Positions 39,368 through 48,911 of a stretch of 64,000 bases of DNA are shown here, one piece after another; the first letter of the stretch is position 1; every line of letters begins with the position of its first letter. Where the stretch lies: the NCBI GenBank assembly GCA_963674945.2, contig CAXXWQ010000003.1, positions 1,344,001 through 1,408,000 on the forward strand, in the 5' to 3' direction. Below the pieces are notes generated by a model. It was not told the DNA's origin. It did no database searches and saw only the letters and a list, made by a program, of their open reading frames with translations. Made by a program: the position numbers and the translations under genes. Source of the stretch: an uncultured Desulfosarcina sp. (lineage in GTDB: Bacteria; Desulfobacterota; Desulfobacteria; Desulfobacterales; Desulfosarcinaceae).

Positions 39368-39439
39368 AGAAATTCGGAAAATTCTGCAACAACTCGTATT
39401 TATTTGTAATATTAAGACGCGCAAGAGAATTGGAGGGGT

Positions 39440-39492
39440 TGTAAAAGAAGCTGACTGTCAGGATTTTTTACATCATGTAAAAAATCCGAACA
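39440..39492. promoter_or_regulatory. Putative enhancer (UAS) array, three 17-bp sites
   Basis: TGTAAAAGAAGCTGACT, TGTCAGGATTTTTTACA, TGTAAAAAATCCGAACA; the last two are inverted with a 3-bp spacer. Confidence 0.6.
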
Positions 39493-39577
39493 CGGCCATC
39501 GGAAAATATGTGGCAAGGGTTTCGATCGAAATGCGAAAAATGCTCGTTTCCTGTCCAAATACTTTGCAGTTTGTAAA

Positions 39578-41134
39578 TCAGGCTGCGATCGGTTGCGATT
39601 CCATGCGGTCGGATGAAGCCCGGTGAGACATAGAATGTTTATCGATGACACGTTGATAGAGATGACGGAAGGGCTGTGCCATGCTTCCGATATCCAATGC
39701 ACGCAAGCTGTCGGTCATGATTCGCCGTACTTGTGATGAACGGAACGAAATCGGTCGACTGTAAAAGGCCAAGGCCTGGTCCATCGCCCATCGTAATCCC
39801 TCCGCGTCAAAGAATTTAAACGTAAAACCGTTACCCGTATTTGCCTCTGTATTCAAATGTGCAACGCAATCGTGAATGGCGCAGGCGTCATAGGCGATGG
39901 GCAACGTTCCATACCGCAGACCGATTTTACACGGTAGCGCACAGGGGTCGCGTCTTAGCGGCATGAGCACAAAATCTGCTCCACCAAAGGCCAACCGATA
40001 CCGACCGGCGTCAAAATCGCACACGGCGACACGATCCATTGCGCCTAATTTGATGATCAGACTGCGCAGTTTCTTCTGCATATCGCCATCGGCAACGAAA
40101 ACGATCTGCAGACGCTGTGGGCGATACCGTGCCAGGATGTCAGGGAGGGTCTGCATCATAAGCTCGCAGCCGAACCGGTGACTGTCCAGCCGGGTAGGCC
40201 ACAGACATAGGGGAACGGTCGTGTCCATCGGTAAGTTGAACGACTCTTGTAATTGAAGCTTATTGAACAGTTTCCCCGGATGATGGTTCGCGGGACCATA
40301 GGTCCTCATGAGCGCCGGGTCCGTATTTGGATCGAATGATGGATCCGGGATCGATTCGATCGTACGAAGACCTCCGAATTTCCACTTGTTTATGAGAACC
40401 GATTTCAGTTGCGGCGATCCCACGGAATTCTCTTCATCCATCAGCGTTCGTTGATATGTCCGACTCATCGTCGTGGTCATATCGGCAGAGAAAACACCGC
40501 TGAGCAACAAATCCAGTGGGTTGTTGTCTCTGGTTTCATGGTAGTTTACGGGCATGCGCTGATAATAACAATGTTGCCAGAACGATGCCACATCAATCCC
40601 TCGTTCTTCAATGGCCGACAGCAAAAGAGTTGCCGAGTTCAGGCGATACAGGGAAAACACGCAGGGGATGTCGTATCGACGCGCCATGGCCGGAATCAAC
40701 CCCGTCATCCAGTCGTAGCAGTGAATGAGATCCGGTTGGACTTCAGGGATAATGCGGTGGATGACCTCGCGTTGAAACGCCATGGAAATACGAAGGTTAT
40801 CCCTGTCGGTCCTCGTAAACATCTTCGGGTGATAGTAAAAAGAACGGTCCTGGGCCAGGTGAATCCGATGTTCCGGGATCACCCGTTTCGCGCCTGCGGT
40901 GTCGATATCCGGCATTCTCTTTGCGTTACACTTGAACACATTTCGATAGTTGGGCAGGGCAAGGTGAACATCGAGGCCGGTTTTACACAAAGCATGGATT
41001 TGCGTAGCACAGATATCACCGAGTCCACCGGCTCTGGCAGAAATACATTTTACGCCGGAGCCCGTTTGATACTGGACACAAGTTACCTCGGGCGTAACGA
41101 CCAGGACGCGGGGAGATGAAGGGGAGGGTGTCAT
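39578..41134 (-). CDS. Glycogen/starch synthase (GT5)-like protein with degenerate active site
   Basis: VLVVTPE, AGGLGD, LPNY, HCYDW.TGL, K..NK..LQ, ADFVLMP, NGFTF; several catalytic motifs altered. Confidence 0.8.
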   Translation of the reverse strand: MTPSPSSPRVLVVTPEVTCVQYQTGSGVKCISARAGGLGDICATQIHALCKTGLDVHLALPNYRNVFKCNAKRMPDIDTAGAKRVIPEHRIHLAQDRSFYYHPKMFTRTDRDNLRISMAFQREVIHRIIPEVQPDLIHCYDWMTGLIPAMARRYDIPCVFSLYRLNSATLLLSAIEERGIDVASFWQHCYYQRMPVNYHETRDNNPLDLLLSGVFSADMTTTMSRTYQRTLMDEENSVGSPQLKSVLINKWKFGGLRTIESIPDPSFDPNTDPALMRTYGPANHHPGKLFNKLQLQESFNLPMDTTVPLCLWPTRLDSHRFGCELMMQTLPDILARYRPQRLQIVFVADGDMQKKLRSLIIKLGAMDRVAVCDFDAGRYRLAFGGADFVLMPLRRDPCALPCKIGLRYGTLPIAYDACAIHDCVAHLNTEANTGNGFTFKFFDAEGLRWAMDQALAFYSRPISFRSSQVRRIMTDSLRALDIGSMAQPFRHLYQRVIDKHSMSHRASSDRMESQPIAA

Positions 41135-41204
41135 GCGCGTCTCCTTTCAATTCCGTTTCCTTTCTACTTGGTGTCTATCCAGAAACAGGTATTTCCTGTA
41201 TGGT

Positions 41205-41576
41205 CTATTTGATGTAGCGCAACCCCATGCCATACCGAACGGCGTCTTTATCACTCACCTCACACCGCCATCTGACCTGGGCCAGGCAGATGGATTTTGG
41301 ACCTATCGGAACGGATGCCGTTGTCTTTCTCTCCGAATAATGGATGACCCGAATCAAGAGAGTGGTGGCAACGGGATACTTACAATGGGTTTCCATATAG
41401 AATCCATCTTCGCTAAAGTTGCTCACGTTCCCTTCCGTGCCGGATTCAGGGATATTGGAGGTAAAGGCATTGCATGAAACGATCGTCTGGGTACGATGGC
41501 GCGGATAGTATCGCCTTTTGCCCGGGGGCAAGAAACCATTCTCGTTTTCATGGCCAAGGCCGGCGGCGTCATTCAT
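41205..41576 (-). CDS. PilZ domain protein
   Basis: RRYYPR (RxxxR), NFSEDG (D/NxSxxG), AQVRW, GMGLRY. Confidence 0.8.
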   Translation of the reverse strand: MNDAAGLGHENENGFLPPGKRRYYPRHRTQTIVSCNAFTSNIPESGTEGNVSNFSEDGFYMETHCKYPVATTLLIRVIHYSERKTTASVPIGPKSICLAQVRWRCEVSDKDAVRYGMGLRYIK

Positions 41577-42030
41577 CCGTTTTCTCCTGATCGAATACGC
41601 GGCTAGGGTAACGGATCAGCTCCTGAATCTTGGCATTTCGAATTTTTGAATCATGGGCCGCTTTTTTTTCGAAGGCCTGCGCCATTTTCGTAAGAAGATC
41701 CTCGAACTTGATCGGTTTGAGCAAGTAGTCAAAAGCCCCCAGCTTCATTCCTTCTATGCTCGTCTCCACGGATGCATGACCGGTAAGCAGCAACACCTCC
41801 ACCAGTGGTTGGATCCGTTTGATTTCCCGCAATGTTTCGATGCCATCCATGCCCCCGGGCATTTTGATATCCAGCAGCACGACATCGTAGAGTTCATGCT
41901 CCAACACCTCAATCGCATCCTCGCCGCTTGCCACACCGACTGCATGAAGATTTCGTTTTTTTAGACGATTGACGATGGTCTCCTGGAAATCGATTTCATC
42001 ATCCACCACCAGAATCCTGAATGTATGCAT
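41569..42030 (-). CDS. Single-domain response regulator
   Basis: LVVDDE, LLDIKMPG, LLTGH, DYLLKP. Confidence 0.92.
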   Translation of the reverse strand: MHTFRILVVDDEIDFQETIVNRLKKRNLHAVGVASGEDAIEVLEHELYDVVLLDIKMPGGMDGIETLREIKRIQPLVEVLLLTGHASVETSIEGMKLGAFDYLLKPIKFEDLLTKMAQAFEKKAAHDSKIRNAKIQELIRYPSRVFDQEKTDE

Positions 42031-42067
42031 TGTATCCTCCTTGGTTTCTCAAACAACAGTCCGATAA

Positions 42068-43735
42068 TCATTTTTTCTCCGGCAGCACCACGGGCAAGCT
42101 GACGGTAAATGTGGCTCCCTCGCCCTCTTTGCTGTCCACGGTTATGTTTCCGCCCATTTTTTCGATGATACGGTAACTGATGGAAAGCCCCAGACCGGTC
42201 CCCTTTCCATTGGGTTTGGTTGTATAAAACGGATCGAAAATTTTCTTTACAACGGATTTCGGAATACCGGGGCCATTGTCATGGATCGCAATCACCAACC
42301 ATTGATCGTTCCTCTTTGTCTGGATTTCAATTTTGCCATCACTGCCAATGGCGTCTATGGCGTTGTTGATCAGGTTCATGAAGACCTGCTGCAATTGGGA
42401 TTCGTCACTGGCGATGACCGGCAAATGGTCGGTATACCGTTTTTTGATTTCGATATTATTAATTCGCGCATGGTTGATCAGCATTTCGATGGTTCGATCG
42501 AGCACCGTGTTGATTTCCACGTCATCCAACCGCGGTTCCATCCGCCTGGCAAATCCCAGCATGGAATGGGTAATCTTCCTGGCCCGATCCACATGTTCCG
42601 CAATTTTTTCGATGGATGCTGCAAATTCCTTGTAATTTTCACTGTCTTTAAACTCCTCATCGGCAAGAAGATCTTCCATCCACCCCGCTTTTTCACCGAT
42701 CACCGCCAGCGGGTTATTGATTTCATGGGCAATTCCGGCGGCCATTTTCCCCAATGCGGCCAGTTTGTCCTGCTGAATCAGTTGGGCATTGAGTTCGGTC
42801 ATCTCCTGGTCGGCCTGTTCCAAGTGCCGCACCAGTGTATGGGAAATCAATACAATCGCAGCCAGAATCACCAATCCGCCAATTGTGATGATGAGAATTT
42901 CCGTATCACGGGCTTTTCCCATCCATCCATCCTGTTGGCCTGTATCCTGGCTGATGACCAGCATCCAATCGTTGTCTTTGAGCCATGAACCGCCGATAAA
43001 GCGGATGTTGCGACCCTGTGTTTTCCTCTCGATGACCGTGGTACCGTGGCCGAATTGTTGGGTATCGATATTCGAACGGCTGAGTGCCGCCCCATCAAAA
43101 CGCGGGTTGGTCTGAAACACGCCTTCCCGATTGACGATATAAGCGTCACCGGAAGTGCCCACCTGCGCGTTGCGCACCAGCCGGTTGAAGATGTCCGAGT
43201 CGATAGTGGCCCGCAGAATCCAACTGCTGCTGCCCGATTCTCCTCTTACGGCAATGATGAAATGGGGCACTTGCCGAAATCCCATATAAACATCGCTGAT
43301 ATATTTTCCCCTCCGCATCACTTCATCGAACCAGGGTTGTTTAAAATAGTTCAGCCCATGGAGGCTGTAGGGTCCGACATAGGCCAATTGCTGACCCGCA
43401 TCGTCGATAATTCCCAGATCCACCAACCCCAGTCCCTCCGTACGTCGGTTGATTGCTCGGAAGAAATTGTTCAAATTCTCCTGGTTGCTGAGTTTTTCAA
43501 AGGACTGGGTCTCAACGATCATGGCCAGAATCGTCGTACGTTCCCGCAAAAAGACATCCACGGCATTGCTTTGTGACCGGGCCAGATGACGTATCTGATC
43601 CTCCACCTTCGACCTGTAGATGACGCCGAACTGATAGTAGATCGCAGTGGCCAGCAGGATCAGCGGCCCTATGGATACCGCCAGTGTGATGCTGATGAGT
43701 TTTATTCTGAGATTCTTATATAGCGTACGTTTCAT
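42068..43735 (-). CDS. Cache-domain sensor histidine kinase
   Basis: SDVYMGFRQVPHFIIAV, AHEINNP, NAIDA, DNGPG, GTGLGL. Confidence 0.92.
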   Translation of the reverse strand: MKRTLYKNLRIKLISITLAVSIGPLILLATAIYYQFGVIYRSKVEDQIRHLARSQSNAVDVFLRERTTILAMIVETQSFEKLSNQENLNNFFRAINRRTEGLGLVDLGIIDDAGQQLAYVGPYSLHGLNYFKQPWFDEVMRRGKYISDVYMGFRQVPHFIIAVRGESGSSSWILRATIDSDIFNRLVRNAQVGTSGDAYIVNREGVFQTNPRFDGAALSRSNIDTQQFGHGTTVIERKTQGRNIRFIGGSWLKDNDWMLVISQDTGQQDGWMGKARDTEILIITIGGLVILAAIVLISHTLVRHLEQADQEMTELNAQLIQQDKLAALGKMAAGIAHEINNPLAVIGEKAGWMEDLLADEEFKDSENYKEFAASIEKIAEHVDRARKITHSMLGFARRMEPRLDDVEINTVLDRTIEMLINHARINNIEIKKRYTDHLPVIASDESQLQQVFMNLINNAIDAIGSDGKIEIQTKRNDQWLVIAIHDNGPGIPKSVVKKIFDPFYTTKPNGKGTGLGLSISYRIIEKMGGNITVDSKEGEGATFTVSLPVVLPEKK

Positions 43736-43747
43736 AGCTTACACGAA

Positions 43748-43883
43748 GTTAGCTGTTAGCGGATAGCATTTATATAGCAGGCAGTCACAAGTATTTTAAA
43801 TACCATTCTTTGGGTTACATTTAAAAGCTCAGATATTCTTTGAAATCACTCTACATATCGCTAACAGCCAAAGGTTAACCGCT
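43748..43883. repeat. REP-like intergenic element with heptamer (GTTAGCN) arms
   Basis: GTTAGCTGTTAGCGGATAGC ... CGCTAACAGC...TAACCGCT inverted arms; related heptamers at about 31331-31363. Confidence 0.45.
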
Positions 43884-43894
43884 GATCTTATTTT

Positions 43895-45583
43895 CTACCA
43901 GGCAAGAAATCGCCAATATCCGAACACGGCCCAAAACCAGAGTACGAGCCATGCAAGGATCGTGATCGGAAGTCCGAATTTAACGAAATCCATCACATCC
44001 AGCAAACGCTCTCCAGTCTCCGGATCTTTTCCCATGCCGAAACAGATGGCGTTATTGGGGGTGCCGACGACCAGAAAGTTTGCAAATGAGGAAGAAAAAG
44101 ATGTGATTAATCCTACCTTCCAAACACTTACGTTGGCCAGTGTGGCCATTGGCAAAACGATGGGTCCCAAGGCGGCCACCGTTGCACCATCGCTCATGAA
44201 ATTGGTCATGGTACCCGTAAGCAGGCTCACGCCGATCACCAGGCCGTCTCCTTTGGTAAGAACATCGGGCAGCACGCCGACGAAGGTTCTCGCCAACCAT
44301 AAGGCCCCGCCGGAAAACTTGAGCGCAACGCCCATTGCACAGGCGGCGGCATACAGCCCGACCACATCGAAGGCCACGCCGTTTTGGATATCTTCCCAAC
44401 GTAAAATTCGGCACACAAACATGGCCATGACGGCGTACAGGGTCGGACCGCCTAGCCCGGCATGCTCACCGATGATGATCCACGCCAGCACCAGCAATAC
44501 GAGAATCACAGCCATCATCGCCTCCTGGCCGCCAAACTTCGGCATGTTTGCCACCTCCGCCTTTACAACCTGGCTGGGGTTGACCCCTTTGACCGCGAAC
44601 TTGGGTTTCAGTCGCAGATACATGAACAGTCCGATCACCCAGGACATCAACGGTACAAAGGGAAGGCCGATTTTCATCCATTCCAAAAAACTGATGGGCA
44701 TGCCGTAATCGGCAAGGTAGCCAACCATGATGGCGTTTCGACCACCGGCCGCCGGCGAACCAGGCCCGCCGTGGTTTGCCGCAAAGCAGACCCCCAAAAG
44801 AAGAAAGACGGCCAGGGCACGGTCTTTTTTTACGCCGTTCATTTTGCATGTCGCTTTATAAATTCCCATGAGAACGGGAATGAGCAGCGCCACAAGCGCA
44901 TGTTCCGAGAGAAATCCGGCAGATATGGCCAATAGGGGAAGAAAAATGAAAGCGAAGGCCTTGGCACTTTTAATGCGGCTGAGCAAAATAAGCCCGATTC
45001 GTTTGTCCAAGCCGGTTTTGGCTACCCCCACGGCTACGGCCAGAATGCCGAAAATGAAAAACACGGCGTCCTTCATATATGCCTGTGAGATCTCATTAAT
45101 GGGCAATATGGCAAATAAATAGAGCAGCACCCCCACGAGGATGTCCGTGGCTCCCAATGGTAAGGCTTCCGTGCCCCACAAAAAAGCGACCAAAAATAGA
45201 ATACAAACGGTCAACTTGGCCATTTGCGCGACCTGATAATGGGTGAGAAGCGGTTCGGTCTCTTTGCCATGGGTTGACGTATGGCTATTTTCTTGAGCGG
45301 ATTGAGAGGCGTTGAATGCCTCGGGACGCAGCTTTTTGTTGACGGCATCGGTAATGGTTTTTGCTCCCTTGGGCAACTTGTAGCCGGACGGGTGAGCCGC
45401 CTTGACCATATCCAGCATTCCCTGCGTGGGCGGAAGCATAACGGCAAACGTAAACAGGAGTGCTGCCATGATAATAAAAACGGGTTTGTATCCGGGTCTA
45501 TTCTTCCACGTCCACACCCGTTTTTCGCGACTGTCAGCCAGTAACGGGTCAAAACCATGATCCACTGCGGTTTGATGTGACAT
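43895..45583 (-). CDS. DASS/SLC13 family transporter
   Basis: WGTEALP, TGLDKRI, NHGGPGSP..G.RNAI, GTPNNAI; many TM helices; RBS AGGAGG. Confidence 0.88.
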   Translation of the reverse strand: MSHQTAVDHGFDPLLADSREKRVWTWKNRPGYKPVFIIMAALLFTFAVMLPPTQGMLDMVKAAHPSGYKLPKGAKTITDAVNKKLRPEAFNASQSAQENSHTSTHGKETEPLLTHYQVAQMAKLTVCILFLVAFLWGTEALPLGATDILVGVLLYLFAILPINEISQAYMKDAVFFIFGILAVAVGVAKTGLDKRIGLILLSRIKSAKAFAFIFLPLLAISAGFLSEHALVALLIPVLMGIYKATCKMNGVKKDRALAVFLLLGVCFAANHGGPGSPAAGGRNAIMVGYLADYGMPISFLEWMKIGLPFVPLMSWVIGLFMYLRLKPKFAVKGVNPSQVVKAEVANMPKFGGQEAMMAVILVLLVLAWIIIGEHAGLGGPTLYAVMAMFVCRILRWEDIQNGVAFDVVGLYAAACAMGVALKFSGGALWLARTFVGVLPDVLTKGDGLVIGVSLLTGTMTNFMSDGATVAALGPIVLPMATLANVSVWKVGLITSFSSSFANFLVVGTPNNAICFGMGKDPETGERLLDVMDFVKFGLPITILAWLVLWFWAVFGYWRFLAW

Positions 45584-45674
45584 TCTCCCTCCTTTATCAG
45601 TCATGATTGAGCAGGCGTCATTCTCTACGATACCTGTTTTTCAGTGATGTGCGATACTTGTGACCCCATGACGG

Positions 45675-45690
45675 AGCAATGGACATGCCA
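45675..45690 (-). promoter_or_regulatory. Sigma-54 promoter of the DASS-HK-REC-PilZ-GT5 operon
   Basis: Minus strand TGGCATGTCCATTGCT, near-consensus GG-N10-GC. Confidence 0.75.
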
Positions 45691-45783
45691 TTGGGGTGAA
45701 GCGTGTTGTATTTTTTTAATGCATTGTAATAATAGGATAAAAACTCTGGTCCAAAGAAATCTTCACATGACTCATGCGAAACG

Positions 45784-45823
45784 TCTGTCAGCATCTTTTA
45801 CACTTTGTAAAAGAGCTGACAGA
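45784..45823. promoter_or_regulatory. Palindromic enhancer (UAS) between divergent sigma-54 promoters
   Basis: TCTGTCAGCATCTTTTACA-ctt-TGTAAAAGAGCTGACAGA. Confidence 0.65.
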
Positions 45824-45906
45824 ACAGAAAACAAATCGTGCCGCCAAACTATCTTCGAAGTATATTTTTCCACATAATAACAGGTTGATATGGTATTCAA
45901 ACCCTT

Positions 45907-45922
45907 TGGCACGCTCAATGCA
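45907..45922 (+). promoter_or_regulatory. Sigma-54 promoter of the STAS / cytidylate-kinase-like genes
   Basis: TGGCACGCTCAATGCA (GG-N10-GC). Confidence 0.7.
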
Positions 45923-46084
45923 GAATAGCGTCATGAAGAAGCACTGGTAACCTAGTGCGTCACAATGGATGCAGGCCGCCTGTTGAGAAATCTTCCCTAA
46001 AAGCATTGAACCGAACGGTCATGACGGAATGATTGTGGGATCTACTCATCTTCTATACTCACACAAAACAGTAGAGGTTACCTG

Positions 46085-46363
46085 ATGGCAAACAATTTTT
46101 ATGTCTTAACCGAGAGGAAAAGAAATCGTTCATTATCCATTAGACTGTCCGGCGATTTTGATGGTTCATCCGCCTGTGAACTGATCAATGTACTGAAAGC
46201 AAATGAGGCAAAACATGACAATGTGGCCATCGACACCAATGGGTTACGAACCGTCTATAACTTCGGGCTGAATGTCCTCCGCCCTCATCTTTCCAAGAGT
46301 ACCAACACCCGGTTGGCCATCGAACTGACCGGTCGCTTTCGTGAGGTATTTCAGGCAGAATAG
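46085..46363 (+). CDS. Small STAS-domain (anti-sigma antagonist-like) protein
   Basis: IRLSGDFDGSSA..L, VAIDTNGL.TV..FGL; RBS GAGG. Confidence 0.65.
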   Translation: MANNFYVLTERKRNRSLSIRLSGDFDGSSACELINVLKANEAKHDNVAIDTNGLRTVYNFGLNVLRPHLSKSTNTRLAIELTGRFREVFQAE

Positions 46364-46480
46364 GGAATTTGTTAACATCTGTTTACGCCTTGGATGAAGT
46401 TACCACCGACCATAATTTGGTAAATGGCAAAAAGAGTTGTTTCTGTAAGACATCTTCTCAACGAAAGAACGGAGATCACC

Positions 46481-47215
46481 ATGAAAAAAACATTGTATTC
46501 CGGTAAATATGTCCCGGGAACTTATTCTCAAAGAGTATCCAATATTGAAGAGCGCATTGAAAATTATGTTCTTGAATGGGAAAAAAAGAAATCTTCCAGA
46601 GAGGAAACACCTGAATTTTTTCCTGCCATCACATTTTCCAGAAAAATCGGTGTCGGTGCGCTAAACATCGCTGATATCGTGGGGGAAAAATTGGGTTTCC
46701 GGGTAGCCGACCGGGAAGTGATCGAAAAAATCGCCGAACAGGCCGAGGTCAGTGAAAAAGCCATCGCATTTTTCGATGAACGATTTCCAGGTTATGGGAA
46801 CCGAACATTTAAATTTTTATTTGGCGAGAAATCATTTATCGACAGCGACTATTCCAGACATTTGATCACCGTCATCACGGCCATAGCGGGTTCGAATTCC
46901 ACGGTTTTCGTCGGCAGGGGTGCACATCTCATTCTTCCCCGCGATCGGGTGCTGGCCGTACGGTGTATTTGTTCCGACGACTTCAGAGTGAAGCGGGTTG
47001 CCGATATCATGGGAATCGATGAGCATGAGGCCAAAAAGCAATTATCTGAAACCGACAAGGAACAGGCGGCGTTTTTCAGAAAAGTCTTCAACAAGAAAGC
47101 GGCACCACCCGATGAATTTGATATGGTGGTGAACCTGGATCATTTTGCAAGGCCGGAAGATGTAGCCGATATTGTCATGCTTGCCTTCAATAAAAAATTC
47201 GATACCGCCGGTTGA
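46481..47215 (+). CDS. Cytidylate kinase-like family protein
   Basis: ITFSRKIGVGA..IA, DREVI, VFVGRGA, D.E...F; RBS GGAG. Alternative start 46424. Confidence 0.8.
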   Translation: MKKTLYSGKYVPGTYSQRVSNIEERIENYVLEWEKKKSSREETPEFFPAITFSRKIGVGALNIADIVGEKLGFRVADREVIEKIAEQAEVSEKAIAFFDERFPGYGNRTFKFLFGEKSFIDSDYSRHLITVITAIAGSNSTVFVGRGAHLILPRDRVLAVRCICSDDFRVKRVADIMGIDEHEAKKQLSETDKEQAAFFRKVFNKKAAPPDEFDMVVNLDHFARPEDVADIVMLAFNKKFDTAG

Positions 47216-47230
47216 TTCCTTGTATTCAAA

Positions 47231-47341
47231 CCGGGTGCTTTGCACCCGGAACCAATCCTAACGATGAAAGCACGTAACGTGCTTTTGGATATCCGGCCTG
47301 CGGCCGAATATCCAAACCATCCGCTTTGCGGGTTGTCGTTG
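47231..47341. repeat. Multi-hairpin structured intergenic element
   Basis: CCGGGTGC-ttt-GCACCCGG; AAAGCACG-taa-CGTGCTTT; TTTGGATATCCGGCC-tgc-GGCCGAATATCCAAA; CCGC-ttt-GCGG. Confidence 0.65.
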
Positions 47342-47385
47342 ACGCAAATCGTATCGAGGAACTATCGGTCTAAAGTGAATGAGCG

Positions 47386-48690
47386 ATGAGCGAAGGTTCG
47401 ATTTTTCTATGGATCGCGATCATATTGGTAATGACCCGCTTGTCTGCATTCATCGAACGCATCGGTCAACCCGCAGTGATGGGGGAGCTTTTTGTGGGCA
47501 TCCTCCTCGGAAATCTCTCCCTTCTCGGAATAAATGTAGTAGAGCCAATCAAACATGATCTGGTATTCAAATTCCTCTCAGAGCTTGGTGTCGTAATTCT
47601 CCTTTTTCAAGTTGGTCTGGAATCGAGAATCGAGGAAATGCGTCGATTGGGATCTCGCGTCTTTATTGTGGCATGCATAGGTGTCATTCTCCCATTTCTT
47701 CTGGGATTCTATGCTGTCACGCCTCTCTTCTTTCCCGATGCGACACCCGAAACCGCTCTTTTTCTGGGCGCAATGCTAACGGCGACATCCGTTGGTATCA
47801 CGGCCAGGGTTTTTCAGGATCTTGGCAGAGTAAAAAGTGAGGAGTCCCAGATCGTCATGGGGGCTGCCGTCATAGACGATATCCTTGGATTGAGCATCCT
47901 TGCCGTTATCAAGGCAATCGTGGAGTCGGGTCGGCTTGACCTCGAAGGCGTTGCCTGGATAACGTTCAAAGCGGTGGCTTTTCTTGGCACAGCCCTGTTT
48001 TTGGGTCAGATGCTCACCCAATGGCTCGGAAAATGTTTTTCACGCATCAATCCGGGTATCGGAATGAAATTCATCCTGGCAATCAGTTTCTGCCTGATTT
48101 TCGCATTTGCTGCTGATTTCCTGGGTCTGGCACCGATTGTGGGCGCTTTCGCAGCCGGATTAATTCTCGAACCCGTCCACTTTCTTCATTTCGACAACCC
48201 GGACATCATTCGTGATGTTGAAAAGGTCATCGACGACTCTCATCCGGAAGTACAGTTGAAAGTCATTCAAGTGCTTGAAACCCATGCGGATGTTCATGTA
48301 CAATCACTCATCAAACCATTGGCCTATTTTCTTGTGCCCCTTTTTTTCGTCAGGACGGGCATGGAAGTCAAACTTTTGGTCTTTCTCAATCCGGAGATTA
48401 TGATATTGGCGTTGGGGATCACTGTAGCGGCTTTCGCCGGGAAGATTTTTGCCGGCATGTTTGCAGGTCCGGTAAAAAAATCCGTCGTGGGGTGGGGCCT
48501 TGTTCCCCGCGGTGAAGTGACCCTGATTTTTGCGGCAACAGGCAAAACGCTGGGTGTTCTTACGGACGCCCTTTTCTCTGCCATTATTATCATGGTCATC
48601 ATCAGTACGGTGGTGGTTCCACCTGTGTTGAATCTTCTGCTGAAAAATAAAAATCCGCTTGCAGATGGCTCGGCTCCGGGTTCCCCCTGA
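47386..48690 (+). CDS. Cation:proton antiporter (CPA2, NapA-like)
   Basis: QPAVMGE, GLES, ATSVGIT, AAVIDD, GAFAAG, PLFF..G, PRGEV. Confidence 0.92.
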   Translation: MSEGSIFLWIAIILVMTRLSAFIERIGQPAVMGELFVGILLGNLSLLGINVVEPIKHDLVFKFLSELGVVILLFQVGLESRIEEMRRLGSRVFIVACIGVILPFLLGFYAVTPLFFPDATPETALFLGAMLTATSVGITARVFQDLGRVKSEESQIVMGAAVIDDILGLSILAVIKAIVESGRLDLEGVAWITFKAVAFLGTALFLGQMLTQWLGKCFSRINPGIGMKFILAISFCLIFAFAADFLGLAPIVGAFAAGLILEPVHFLHFDNPDIIRDVEKVIDDSHPEVQLKVIQVLETHADVHVQSLIKPLAYFLVPLFFVRTGMEVKLLVFLNPEIMILALGITVAAFAGKIFAGMFAGPVKKSVVGWGLVPRGEVTLIFAATGKTLGVLTDALFSAIIIMVIISTVVVPPVLNLLLKNKNPLADGSAPGSP

Positions 48691-48721
48691 AAGGGGAGAT
48701 GCACTAGGATCACGAAAAGCC

Positions 48722-48846
48722 ACAGGAGTCAGAGGAGTATTCAGGAGCCAGAATGAATCTGATGTCGCTTTGCTCCATCGATTGGATCATATGGATCGAG
48801 CCGAAGGCGAATACCTGATTCCGAATTCTGACTCCTGGATTCCTGT
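48722..48846. repeat. REP/MITE-like element with inverted AGGAGTCAGAAT-type arms between convergent genes
   Basis: CAGGAGCCAGAAT ... ATTCTGACTCCTG, with outer ACAGGA/TCCTGT. Confidence 0.55.
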
Positions 48847-48911
48847 AACAATCAAACGGTAGAACCATTTATCTTTTGATCTGGCCGAGAAACCTGGTTT
48901 TCTGCACTTCT

